Below, piece by piece: positions 37,989 to 50,400 of a stretch of 64,000 nucleotides of DNA. The DNA is taken from the NCBI GenBank assembly GCA_002269645.1, contig NIVC01002652.1, positions 62,001 through 126,000 of the forward strand, read 5' to 3'. The translations under genes and the position numbers were made by a program. This DNA comes from Macrostomum lignano. Taxonomy: Eukaryota. The notes under the pieces are model-generated. The model made no database searches and was not told where the DNA came from. It was given only the letters and a program-made list of their open reading frames with translations. How positions within the stretch are numbered: the first letter of the stretch is position 1; every line of letters begins with the position of its first letter.

Positions 37989-40305
37989 ATGCCAGCTGTA
38001 CTGAATACTCATTTTTACTGGATCCAGCTGTACTCGTACACTGCTCTGGTCTGTTTCTTCCATCAGCTCATGGTGGCAGAAGCGGGTACGTACGCTCGTA
38101 TGATTCGTATTGTTATGCTTTTTGAGATGCATCTATGACACAATAATATCACACTATTTTCTTGCTTGTAATCCACTGTTCATTTGTTAGCCTTGGATAC
38201 GGAAAGTTCGAGGGCGTAGTCATTGGCAGTCATAGGAGTTTTCATTGGCAAGCGCGTCTCTGGCGCGCCGATTGAGTTTAAGGGAGCGCCAACAGCAATC
38301 GGCGCCAGCTAATAGCTCAAATCTAGATAATCTGCATGACTTTGAATTAAAATTTATCTCTCCTTCCAATCCAGCTGTTGCTTCGGACTGCTGGGATCGG
38401 TACAACTACATCAGGCAATGCAGCTCCCGTCCCTGCGAGCCAAATCACTACTTTGGCATCAGTTGCCTCTGTAAGCCCTGTCCGTCGAATCTGAGTGGTC
38501 GGGACTGCCTGGTTCAGCTGGGCATCTGTCCGCAGAACCAAATACCGAATAACAGACTGGAGTCGGGTGGCAATCGTGCCAGTAGGTCGGGAGACACTAT
38601 TTCTGCCAACGAGCAGGCCGCAACAGGTAAGGATCGAACGCATATTACATGTCTATACTAATTGATCTTTCCTAACACAGTGCAGCAAGCTTTGAATCTG
38701 GTACATGTATATTGTATTAATTTTTAAGTTGTCTAGCTTTTAGTCTAGGTAGCCTTTACTAGCAATTAACATATAAAATGAAAAAGGGCTTTTTGCTAGC
38801 CACAGGGTTGGGTAGGTTGGTAGGTAGAGCCCTTTATTGATGCAGATGGTGAGGATAGATAGATAAATAGATTGATTGATTGACGGACAGATAGAAAGAC
38901 AGATATAGACAGATAGGTGGACAATTGTGGCAGATACATGTAGACAGATAGACAATTAGACAGGTAGACAGATGGACAGATGCAGGGATAAACAGACAGA
39001 TAGATAAGACAGTATTAGATAAACAGAAAGACAGACAGTAGATAGAAGGTCGTAGATAGACCCAGATAAACGATCAGTAGAATTAGTCTATGCAAACTTT
39101 CTACTTTCCATCATCGAGTAGTCAAAGTGCAGGATTTATACTTTGAATACCTGCATATAAATTGTAATGAAACCAATTAGCATTCACACCTTAAAGGGCC
39201 TTTTCGTTAGCTAGAATTACTTGGTGCAGTGAGCATGCTTTTACTATTATGCTGTGCTTTAGCGTATAGATACTATAGACTATAGGCTGTGCTGAGTAAG
39301 TAGTATAAGAAGTCTTGCGTTTCAGTTTTTTCACTGTTTTAGATAACAGAAATTTATTCTACTTTGTCGATTTTTATTCGCTTTTCTCCCTTAGGTCTTT
39401 CTGGTGGAAAAATTGCGGCTATTTCCTGCCCTGTTGTTGCGCTAGCAATCATCGCTGCTATCGGATTTCTTGTGTTTTACAGACGATGGAAGACAGCTAG
39501 GAATGGTAGTGACCATGGTAGCCGGATAGAAGATTCAGAAGAGAGCCATCCTCTGAATGACCTGCAGGATCACAACAACCAGCCACAGGAGCACAACAAC
39601 CAGCCGCAGGATCGCAACAACCAGCCACCGGATCACAACAACCAGCTGCCGGATCACAACAACCAGCCACCGGATCACAACAACCAGCTGCCGGATCACA
39701 ACAACCAGCCACAGGATCACAACAACCAGCCGCCGGATCACAACAACCAGCTGCCGGATCACAACAACCAGCCACCGGATCACAACAACCAGCCACAGGA
39801 TCACAGCAACCAGCCACCGGATCACAACAACCAGCCACAGGATCACAACAACCAGCCACAGGATCACAACAACCAGCCACAGGATCACAACAACCAGCCG
39901 CAGGATCGCAACAACCAGCCACCGGATCACAACAACCAGCCACATGATCACAACAACCAGCCGCCGGATCACAACAACCAGCTGCCGGATCACAACAACC
40001 AGCCACAGGATCACAGCAACCAGCCACCGGATCACAACAACCAGCCACAGGATCACAACAACCAGCTGCCGGATCACAACAACCAGCCGCCCGATCACAA
40101 CAACCAGCCACAGGATCACAACAACCAGCCACAGGATCACAGCAACCAGCCACCGGATCACAACAACCAGCCACAGGATCACAACAACCAGCCACAGGGT
40201 CACAGCAACCAGCCGCCCATGGATCCGATCGCTCGCAATCCTCAGCCGTTCTCCACTTCAGTCCATGATGCCAAAGCACTCGAGTTAGATCGCAATGTTG
40301 CTTGA
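37989..40305 (+). CDS. Single-pass type I membrane protein: signal peptide, Cys-rich EGF-like domain, TM helix, (DHNNQPx)31 cytoplasmic tail
   Basis: Exons 37989-38085, 38375-38626 and 39395-40305, all GT-AG with phase 1/1 joins in frame. Cys cluster CWDRYNYIRQCSSRPCEPNHYFGISCLCKPCPSNLSGRDC. TM IAAISCPVVALAIIAAIGFLVFY followed by RRWK. Confidence 0.8.
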
Positions 40306-42009
40306 CCTTTACATGCGCGTCTTTTAGTTTGTTAGCAGCTTTTTTTGCTGGACAAACTAAGGCGCAGCGTCTTGTTTATCGTCTTTACACCATGTCTCTC
40401 GTCTTTTTAGTTAGCTATGCGGGTTAATACGTCGTAATAACAATAGCAACTTGCTGGAGGGCTGTGGCCACTCTGACGCAACGCCTTCGGCGAACTCGAC
40501 CCACAACCAAGCTCTGAATAATTTTGACCATTCCACTGACTCCTGAACACACACAAGTGCGCCAAAACTGTACTCAGGCACGGACTCATGCACACGCTCA
40601 CACAGGGTGTACAGCAGCCCTGACTTTCCAATCGTCAGGCATGTACACTCTCTGCGTGCCTTGGAGGTTGGGCCTCATCAGTGTGAATCGCATGACAACC
40701 TCCCGTCCAGTTTCCGTGCACACGAACCCCCAATTGAATGTGGCCACGCAACTGATTCGAATCAAGGGTTTTCCCCTAGCTACGATGATCAATAATGTGT
40801 TCGAATCAAATTTCAATGCTTATTTTTTCTATCACAGCTGCCTGTTTTTATCCAGAGTCATGAGAGACATTCCAAGACTTGCTTAAAGTTTTAATGTCTA
40901 CTTTATCGTTTTCTAATAATATTTCTTTTGTTGTTATTCTATTTTAGTCATCTTAAAGATGGACCACGGTCTGTAACCCCTCGCTGCCTTCCCAAATGCC
41001 TTCATGATAGTGTGCCTGGAGTTGTACTTTCCAACAAGCAAACTTAATTAGCTAGCAATAATTATGTAGAAACTATTCAACATAACAATCGAGTCTCGAT
41101 CAACGCTAATCAATTTTTCATTTGTTTGCAATGAATCAAAATGCAACCATTTTTAACATCCTATATTACTGCTATTGAAATCTTGTCATTTTATATTATA
41201 AAAAATGTAACGAAAGACGCTACCAAAAGATGAATCAGCGATTTCTTCAGAGAACACTACATAAGCGCATTGTAGCGATAAGACAAATTACGCGATCCGA
41301 CCCCCAGCCTTTTCTAAGAAAGTCAAGTGTTGCGTCTTTCCCACTTCAGTTGCCGTGTAATGTACTTAAACAAAAATTGGTTCATCTGCTTTCCGTTTTT
41401 CTTCTACTGCGATTTTTAACCCACACTGTCTAAAATTGGCTTCATCTTTTGTGCAATATTGGATCCACGTTCCTCTAATACTCAAGTAAACGTACCTCCC
41501 AGAAAAACCTCAGGGTATGCTTTCAGCTAGACTAAATGCAATTATTATCCGCGTTGCCAGTTTAGCTAATTAAAGCTGCTTGAAGGAGCTATTTTTTCCG
41601 GTCGAGGTTGTACTGACGAAATTCGGCTGTATTTCCATACTTTTAATTGTGCTTGTCATTTTTTCTCGAATAAAATCTACAATGCGAGTTCATATCTGGT
41701 TTTATTTTGTTATGACAATACAAATTATCCTGAGAGGTTAACCCTCACTGCAGAGCTTGTGTCTATTATACCATGAGTTGCAGAAATATGTTTTTTGTAC
41801 AAAATACTAATTCTTTTAATATATTACAATTGGAATGGTCACTCAGTCTGCTCACTCAGTCCCTAGTTACCTGCTCACATTCATTCCCTAGTACCTGCTC
41901 ACTCTTAGTCCCTAGTACCTGCTCACTCTTAGTCCCTAGTTACCTGTGAAGAGTTTGCTTTAGCACAAAAGAGAGAGAGAGAGTGAGAGCGTCACAATGT
42001 AATTCGTGG

Positions 42010-42120
42010 ACGTCGTAGTATTCCTCGAGTGCAGAAATCAATATATTCCTCGAGTGCAGAAATCAATATATTCCTCGAGTGCAGAAATCAATATATTCCT
42101 CGAGTGCAGAAATCAATATC
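42010..42120. repeat. 25-bp tandem repeat (aatatattcctcgagtgcagaaatc), ~4 copies
   Basis: Direct reading. Confidence 0.9.
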
Positions 42121-42837
42121 AAAGATGCGCCCCAATAACAAAGTTAATTCTTTATAACAATAGCGAGGTACTCCAAAAAAGGCGTCTTCTTCTAGAAATA
42201 ACGGAATCGGAGTCGTGTGCTCCTATCGGTTTAATTACTTTAGGATAATCCAAATCAATCAATCGATAATCCTCTAAGGGTATCGGAATCGGTCCGCAGA
42301 TCCTATCCAATCCCTAAGGAAAAGGGGAGGCCTCAAACTCAATGAACTCAGTTAAATCAACTGATCAATAACGGCCGGCAATAAAATCGCTCTTAATCAA
42401 TCAAATAACAAAGGCTTGAACACGGCTTACCGTACGGTATTAATTCCTCAGAGATGTAGCCTCGATTAGCTTCTCCAGCAAGCTTTAAGATCTTTGGAGG
42501 CTGCTCCGAGTCTGAGATTTTTAGCTCTGATTTTGGCTTGTATATATCAAAAAATCTTGTGAGAAACAGGTTATTTTGGGTAGGTGACAGTTTCGCGTTT
42601 TGGAAATTTGACCCTTTGAAAATTGAATATAATACGGTACGGTATGGTAATGGATTTCAAGCATCCATTACCATATTCGGAGTTCTAAATTTAAATGTTG
42701 CAAAAGATTATCATTCGTTGTTTTCGTGGTCTTAAAATAGAGTGTGACCACTTCGAATTTTTAGATTTTGAGTTTTTCGCATTTTTGAGTTACTATACTT
42801 ATAGTAGTTTACCTTGCACTGTATTTTGGAGATCTCT

Positions 42838-42945
42838 ACACCTGCTCACTCTCAGTCCCTACCTGCTCACTCTCAGTCCCTACCTGCTCACTCTCAGTCC
42901 CTACCTGCTCACTCTCAGTCCCTACCTGCTCACGCTCAGTCCCTC
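42838..42945. repeat. 21-bp tandem repeat (cctacctgctcactctcagtc); a related array lies at 41860-41945
   Basis: Direct reading. Confidence 0.88.
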
Positions 42946-43303
42946 GTACCCCTCCCTCCTTCAAACTCGCTTGTTAACCGAAAGATAAAAAGTCCATATC
43001 AATTTGAAATTTCCCTCGAGAATGTCCCAATTAGCCGAAGACTTTGTTTGCGTAGCCGATCGTGACTTTCTATTAGCCCTTAATAGTACAAACCCAGGGG
43101 CCGGTGGGTCTGAGAGGGGAACGGAACCAAATATTGTTTTTCATGGCAATTGTCAAAAACAGGATTTGCGCCGGATCAGGGATTCGCTACTGTCAAGTAG
43201 AAACTCCTGAGCTCGCATATAAACTGGAGGCAAATTGCCAACCCTGTTGACAGATTAGAGTTATTTCCTAGCCCCAGGTTGAAGATACAGAATTCTTAAA
43301 AAT

Positions 43304-44316
43304 ATGGAAGCCAACAATGATGCGACTTGGGAGCACATCGAATCGGACGTGTTGAGTCAGCAATCTCCCACAAGGTACTGGCGCGCCTTTATTTTGCACT
43401 TTTATTTTTGTTCAGGGGTTGTAGCCTATAGTGGTTAGAGTGTCAGACACAACTGAGAGGTCGGGGGTTCGATTCTCGACCCACTCGGAGCAATTTGTGT
43501 CCTTGAGTAAGACGCTTAACTCCGCATTGCTTCAGTTCACCACCCAGCTGTAAAATGGGTGCTAGGTGTGCTATTTGTGGTCTGAATGTTCGCGTATAGA
43601 AAATTACAACAAAGGTACGAATTATGCTTTTATCGGAGAGCAGATTAAATGCTTATATTTTAAAACAACATACCTGTTTTACTGCTCAATTGATACTTTT
43701 TAAAGCTGTGGCTTTATTGATAAAAAAGATTTATACATGTAATTATATATATTATTTATACATAAAATATTGCAAATATTTTAAACCATTTTTCTCCTGA
43801 GCCGTAAATTTCTAAAATGCCGGAAAATTAAAATTATTTTGTTAATTTAGTTCAATCATAATCATAATCTTGTTAAAGGATTCAGAAAAACTCAGTTTTT
43901 TTCGCCATCTTGGAACCTGAAAGCTCCTTAAAAATCATCAAGCTAATTGCGCTCCTGAAAAGATTTCGTAGTCATGGGATGCCGGATGCGCGATGCAATG
44001 AGTCACCCCCATCGGTCCATTCAGGCGTTCAACCGATTCGAGCGAAGTTGACGAGCCGTCGTTCGACCAGCGGCGACAGTCGTGGGAGCGCATCGCAGCA
44101 GCAAAGCCGCATTGTGCCGCCAGCGACCTGGAAGCCAGCAGCAGCGGAGCCAGGCGGTTCCTTGTCCGATTGTCAGCCCTGGGCAGCCGGATCTACGAGA
44201 CCATTCTCAGTCACTTCTGCTTCGTGTTTGCCGAATACGACGGGCATCGGCGGCCGAGCCACTACAGCAGCAACTATGGCGACGAGATCGATAGCGATTC
44301 GGTTGGAGAGAGTTGA
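43304..44316 (+). CDS. Putative uncharacterised ~120-aa protein, two exons (43304-43374, 44025-44316)
   Basis: ATG exon ends ACA AG|gtactg (phase 2). Acceptor ccattcag|G gives RRSTDSSEVDEPSFDQRRQSWERIAAAKPHC...RIYETILSHFCFVFAEYD...GES* with GC3-biased codons. This frame is not in the ORF track. Confidence 0.6.
43415..43560 (+). mobile_element. tRNA-derived SINE with CORE-like domain (copy 2), intronic
   Basis: A-box-like tagcctatagtgg, B-box ggttcgattc, then gtgtccttgagtaagacgcttaac...cccagctgtaaaatgggt. Confidence 0.75.
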
Positions 44317-45160
44317 ATCAACCGCGGTTTCCTCAAGGACAACTTATTTAAGCCTTTGGGTAACTTCAAGTGGTCCTTGCGACGGCTGTGCAAAAGTCTC
44401 ATAAGTTTTCTTGTAATCTATAGATTCGATCAGTAGAGAAATCTACATTTTGAGGTCAGATGCTTATAAATTCCGCAGGCCCAATCGAACTGATCGCACA
44501 TACTCGTATTCTGAAATTTTATTTGATTTTCACACCCGCATGTTGCTAGTATAGTTTATATTATATTATATCATTCCACTCATCCTTACATAAATTTCAA
44601 AATTCAGTTTTTTTGCATGGCATATGTGACTCATGGTTCTTTTTAATGCATCGATTCCATATGCTCGTAGATTAAACGTATGTAAATAAACATGCAATTG
44701 ATTTATACCTTGCATGCTCAAACCAAACAAGAATCTGATAAAAAACGTCATGTCATCATCTTAAGCCAATAAAGATATGACAAAAATGGGGATATGACAG
44801 CTGAGGGGGGGGCATGACCCCCTTTTGCCCCACCCCTGGATCCGCCATTATAGCATAGAACAACATGCTAGTTTGACAATGACACCTGCCGGATATTAAT
44901 CTGAGTGTCCGTCAAAGAGAGAATCAGCTGTCAATGCGAGACAGTTTACTGCTGATCAATACCATTACAATCAGCAGTACACTGTAGATCGAGAAGAGCA
45001 GCAGAATTTTTGCTACTGCATTTTTTACAGAATTTCGCAGGTCCTACAGGCTACAGTGTAGTCCAGGCCAGAGAGTACATCCATGTATCAAGATCTGTAT
45101 TATACTTTTACAACAAACGATGGATCTTTGACGACAGAGAGAATTCGCGGTAGTCAGATT

Positions 45161-45585
45161 GGGGTGCTTTCAGAAGGTCGAAATTTCACAACATCGAAAC
45201 TTTAGCAAAGCTAGGACTTCATAAGGTCGAAATTTCACAAGGTCGAAATTTCACAACGTAGAAAACTCCAATAGCAGCCACTTTCACAAGGTCGGAATTT
45301 CACAAGATCGAAATTTCACAACACCGAAAACTCTAATCAGCTCGAAATTTCACAACGTCCAAAATTTAATATAACAAGAACCATATACAGTAGTTTTCTA
45401 CGTTGTGAAATTTCGACCTTGAAGTCTCTTGCTAAAGTTTTCGGTGTTGTGAAATTTCGATCTTGTGAAGTTTCGACCTTGTGAAAATTGCTGCAGCTGT
45501 TTAAGTTTTCTACGTTGTGAAATTTCGACCTTGTGAAAGAAGGTGCTTTCGACGTTGTGAAATTTCGAGTTTGTGAACCGGCCCC
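45161..45585. mobile_element. Fold-back MITE built from ggtcgaaatttcacaa subrepeats
   Basis: Direct subrepeats at 45174-45360 and inverted ones at 45398-45575. Ends gggg.../...cccc. Flanks gtcagatt and gtcagaat resemble a degenerate TSD. Confidence 0.7.
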
Positions 45586-47497
45586 CGTCAGAATGGGCGA
45601 AAAGCAGATCTAAACGTCGCGATGCCAATTTATCATTGCGGTTTTCACAGCAGTATAAAATCTCAACTTTACTTCTTTACATCAGTGAAAAATTTGATTG
45701 TGTATAGTTTTTAGCCACCCTGGAGAAATTTATACTTTCAGAAACATTAAAATTGTGCTAATTCCACCTGCGGGACCTGATTCCAAACCCGAATAGACAG
45801 TATGGAGAAACTTCAAGGGAATTCTTGATTCACCTTTAAACTGTAGGCTGCGCTTATTTTTTGTGGTACATTTACATATAAAGACTAAATGGGCTTATAT
45901 GCAAACTGTGGTGCCTACTCAGAATTTCTGGATTCCGGTGTTAAATAGGTTGCAAATATTCCTTCATAGAAATACAAAGAACTGAACAAGAAATTTTCAT
46001 ATTTTGGTGTAAAGCCGAAAAATACGCGCACTTCCCGGCTTGAAAACCAAAAGATACATGTATTAATATAGCTTTACCTGTAAAGTTGGCATTGAAAGCC
46101 CAACTAATATATTTTAATGCGCACTTATTTAACAAAAGTAAAAAGTAAGACTCATGAGAAACCAGCAAGAATATCTTAGACGTGTAACACATGTTTCAAT
46201 GTGTTTTTACTTGAAAATTCGATCTAAAATCAATTCCCATCCATAAGGAAAATCATAATCCCTATCCTAAAACCTTTGACTCCCTATATGGTGCCTTAGT
46301 GCCTAGTGGTTCTAAGTCATAGTTTGTTTGAAACAACCTAAAAATGAAACTTAAATTTGAAATTAGGCCTTTAATACTATTAAAACCCCTATAAAACAAA
46401 ATTATGATATTTTCAAACTATGACTATTTTATATCTATCTTAGACTTAAGTTCACAAAGTTCACAATAAGAATTCTTAGTCCTTATGGTCTATTTTTATA
46501 TAGGAATTTTAAAATGTTAAGTATATAGTTTTATATACTAATTATAATTATAAAATAATTTTTGTAATATAGGCCTAATGCTATGTTAAAACCTAATGAA
46601 CTGAAATTTAAAATAGAGGCCTAGCTAACCTTGTTATAGCTTAATAAAACTATAGTTAAATAACTAAAAAAATAGTTCTTTTTTATTTGTATGAAATAAT
46701 CTATTGTTACAATCAACCCTCCTCTCTTAATAAAAAATCTTTAACCATAATTTAGTAACAAGAAAATAATAGACTTTGGCATACAAATTTGGCATATCTT
46801 CTTTAATAAGAAATATAATATTTCATTATGATTAATTTATGTTTATAATATTTACATTATCATTATTTTGAAATCTAGAATTAAAAATAGTAAATCATTC
46901 CTGTTATAAAATGACATCTGGCTTTAAATTTGAGTTATAGAGTAGAACAAATTCAAGTGAACAAAACAAACCCAAAGTTGCACTAGGAGCTGTTGGCACC
47001 CTGTCTGGTATATCAAGCATATGGATACTATATGTAGACATACACACAAGATTTATAGAGGCTTTGACTTTCTAATTGTAGGCCTAATGTAGACACATAT
47101 GCAACACAAGGGGCCCAGCCCAGCCAAGGTAAGTTGCAAAATGCTTCCCAAAAAACAGACATGGTACTAACTAGATGACAAAGCATTTGGCATTAATAAT
47201 ATGGTCATAGTTAGGCTACTCCAGCCATTTACCCAAAAGTACATTTATTTTGCCTGCATTTTTTTATAGGTAAGTCAAATTTTTTGTCAAAAAGTAAGTC
47301 ACATGGCTGGTGTAAATCGGGGGGGGGGGGTTGCACATGTATGCTCAGGCTATGCAGAGTCAAACCAGGGGGTCAATGGGTCGTGGTCTTAGAGTCAGAT
47401 GCATTCACCATTGAGCTGCTCCAAACACTTGGCTCACCTTACAGCACAATCCACTGCGCTGGCATCCATTCTCTAATCTGCAAGAAATTAAAGCAAA

Positions 47498-50400
47498 ATG
47501 GATCATTTAAAAAACATGCGGAGCCTCATCACCCGACCTCGCATTGCCATGCTGGCCAGTGCAGCTATCGCCTACTTAGCAACAGCCTCCATCTGCCTGG
47601 CCCTCCTGCTGGCCCTGGCTGGCTACGCTGCTGCAGGCGGCTGGCGGTTCCTTCGCGTGGCTGCTCTGACCGCGCCACGTGATGCCCGCGGCCTCGTTGT
47701 ACTACTCCGCACCCGCTGGATGCTGCGCCAAATGATAGCGCGCCGGCGTGGCATCGCCCAGCTGTTTGGCGCCACTGCGGCTGCAAACAGCCATCGGGTT
47801 TGCTTCCTGTATGAGGATCAGAGCTGGACATTTCGGCAGGTGGACGAGTACTCGAATAGGGTGAGCTGCCTTACCTGTCAATTGATTTGTATCAGTCAGT
47901 TTAAATATTGTTCCTACCGTGAGTGTAAGAATCCCATTTTAATCGCCTTAAAATTCGGCCGAAATTATTGCCTTAAAGTCCTTAAAATTTGGCTCAATCA
48001 CCCCGATAATTGCTATCTACAATTGCCTCGGTAATTACCCTAGAGAGTCGCCCTGATAATCGCTTTAGAGATTCGCCCTGATAATCGCCCTAGAGAATCG
48101 CCCTGATAATCGTCATAAACAGTCGCTCTAGTTTTTCGCTCTGATAATCGCCCTGATAATCCTCATAAACAGTCGCTCTAGTTTTTCGCTCTGATAATCG
48201 CCCTGATAATCGTCATAAACAGTCGCTCTAGATTTTCGCTCTGATAATCGCCCTAGAGAGTCGCTTTGATAATCGCCTTAAAGAGTCGCTTTGATAATCG
48301 CCTTAAAGAGTCGCTCTGAGAATCACCATAGAAAATCGCCCTGAGAATCGCCATAGAGATTCGCCATGAGAATCACCACAGAGAATTGCCATAGAGAATC
48401 ACCATAGAGAATCGCCATAGAGAATCACCATAGAGAATCGCCATAGAGAATCGCCATAGAGAATCACCATAGAGAATCGCCATAGAGAATCACCATAGAG
48501 AATCGCCATAGAGAATCGCCATAGAGAATCGCCATAGAGAATCACCATAGAAAATCGCCAAAGAGAATCGCCATAGAGAATCACCATAGAGATTTGCCAT
48601 AGAGAATCACCATAGAGAATCGCCATAGAGAATCGCCATAGAGATTCACCATAGAGAATCGCCATAGAAAATCGCCATAGAGATTCGCCCTTCGAATCAC
48701 CATAGAGAATCGCCATAGAGAATCACCATAGAGAATCGCCATAGAGATTTGCCATAGAGAATCACCATAGAGATTCACCATAGAGAATCGCCATAAAAAA
48801 TCGCCCTGAGAATCGCCATAGAGATTCGCCATAGAGAATCACCATAGAGAATCGCCATAGAGATTTGCCATAGAGAATCACCATAGAGATTCACCATAGA
48901 GATTCACCATAGAGAATCACCATAGAGAATCACCATAGAGATTCGCCCTTCGAATCACCATAGAGAATCGCCATAGAGAATCACCATAGAGAATCGCCAT
49001 AGAGAATCACCATAGAGAATCGCGATAGAGAATCACCATAGAGATTCACCATAGAGAATCGCCATAGAAAATCGCCCTGAGAATCGCCATAGAGATTCGC
49101 CATAGAGAATCACCATAGAGAATCGCCATAGAGATTTGCCATAGAGATTTGCCATAGAGAATCACCATAGAGAATCACCATAGAGATTCGCCCTTCGAAT
49201 CACCATAGAGAATCGCCATAGAGAATCACCATAGAGATTCGCCATAGAGAATCGCCATAGAGATTGCCATAGAGAATCACCATAGAGAATCACCATAGAG
49301 AATCGCCATAGAGAATCACCATAGAGATTCACCATAGAGAATCGCCATAGAAAATCGCCCTGAGAATCGCCATAGGGATTCGCCATAGAGAATCACCATA
49401 GAGAATCGCCATAGAGATTTGCCATAGAGATTTGCCATAGAGAATCACCATAGAGATTCACCATAGAGAATCACCATAGAGAATCACCATAGAGATTCGC
49501 CCTTCGAATCACCATAGAGAATCGCCATAGAAAATCGCCCTGAGAATCGCCATAGAGATTCGCCCTTCGAATCACCATAGAGAATCGCCATAGAGAATCA
49601 CCATAGAGATTCACCATAGAGAATCGCCATAGAAAATCGCCCTGAGAATCGCCATAGAGAATCACCATAGAGAATCGCCATAGAGATTTGCCATAGAGAT
49701 TTGCCATAGAGAATCACCATAGGGATTCACCATAGAGATTCACCATAGAGAATCACCATAGAGAATCGCCCTAAACAATTGCGCAGGTGGCCAACCTTCT
49801 AATGGAATCCGGCCACCGTCCCGGCCAAGTGGTGGCCATCCTGGCCGAGTCGCGGCCCCAGTTCGCCTGCCTGTGGCTGGGTGCAGCTAAAGCCGGGGTA
49901 GTCAGCGCCCTGATCAACTCAATCTGCGCGCCCAGTCTCTGCTGCACTGCCTGCACGCTGCCGACGCGACCAGCCTGATATTCGGCGCTGAGCTGGCGTC
50001 CGCGGTGCTGGAGGTGGCGCCAAGCCTGCCAGCGGGCCTGAGGCTCTACTGCCTGGGCGGTGGCAACGGGGGCCTGTCCAATGCGGCCGATTTGGATGCC
50101 AACCTGCTGCGCGCGTCCACTCTGCAACCGGCCTATCCGGTTAAACAGGGGCCCAATGCTAAGGATCGACTGTTCTATATCTACACCTCGGGTTTGTGGC
50201 TTGGTGTTGCTGTCCTTGTTTACTTTGTTAATCATTTAGAACAGCTGTTTACCTGGGATCACCGGTATTTTATGATTGAGAACAGCTGTTTACCTGGGAT
50301 CGCCGGTATTTTATGATTAAGAACAGCTGTTTACCTGGGATCGCCGGTATTTTATGATTAAGAACAGCTGTTTACCTGGGATCTCCGATTGTTTATGATT

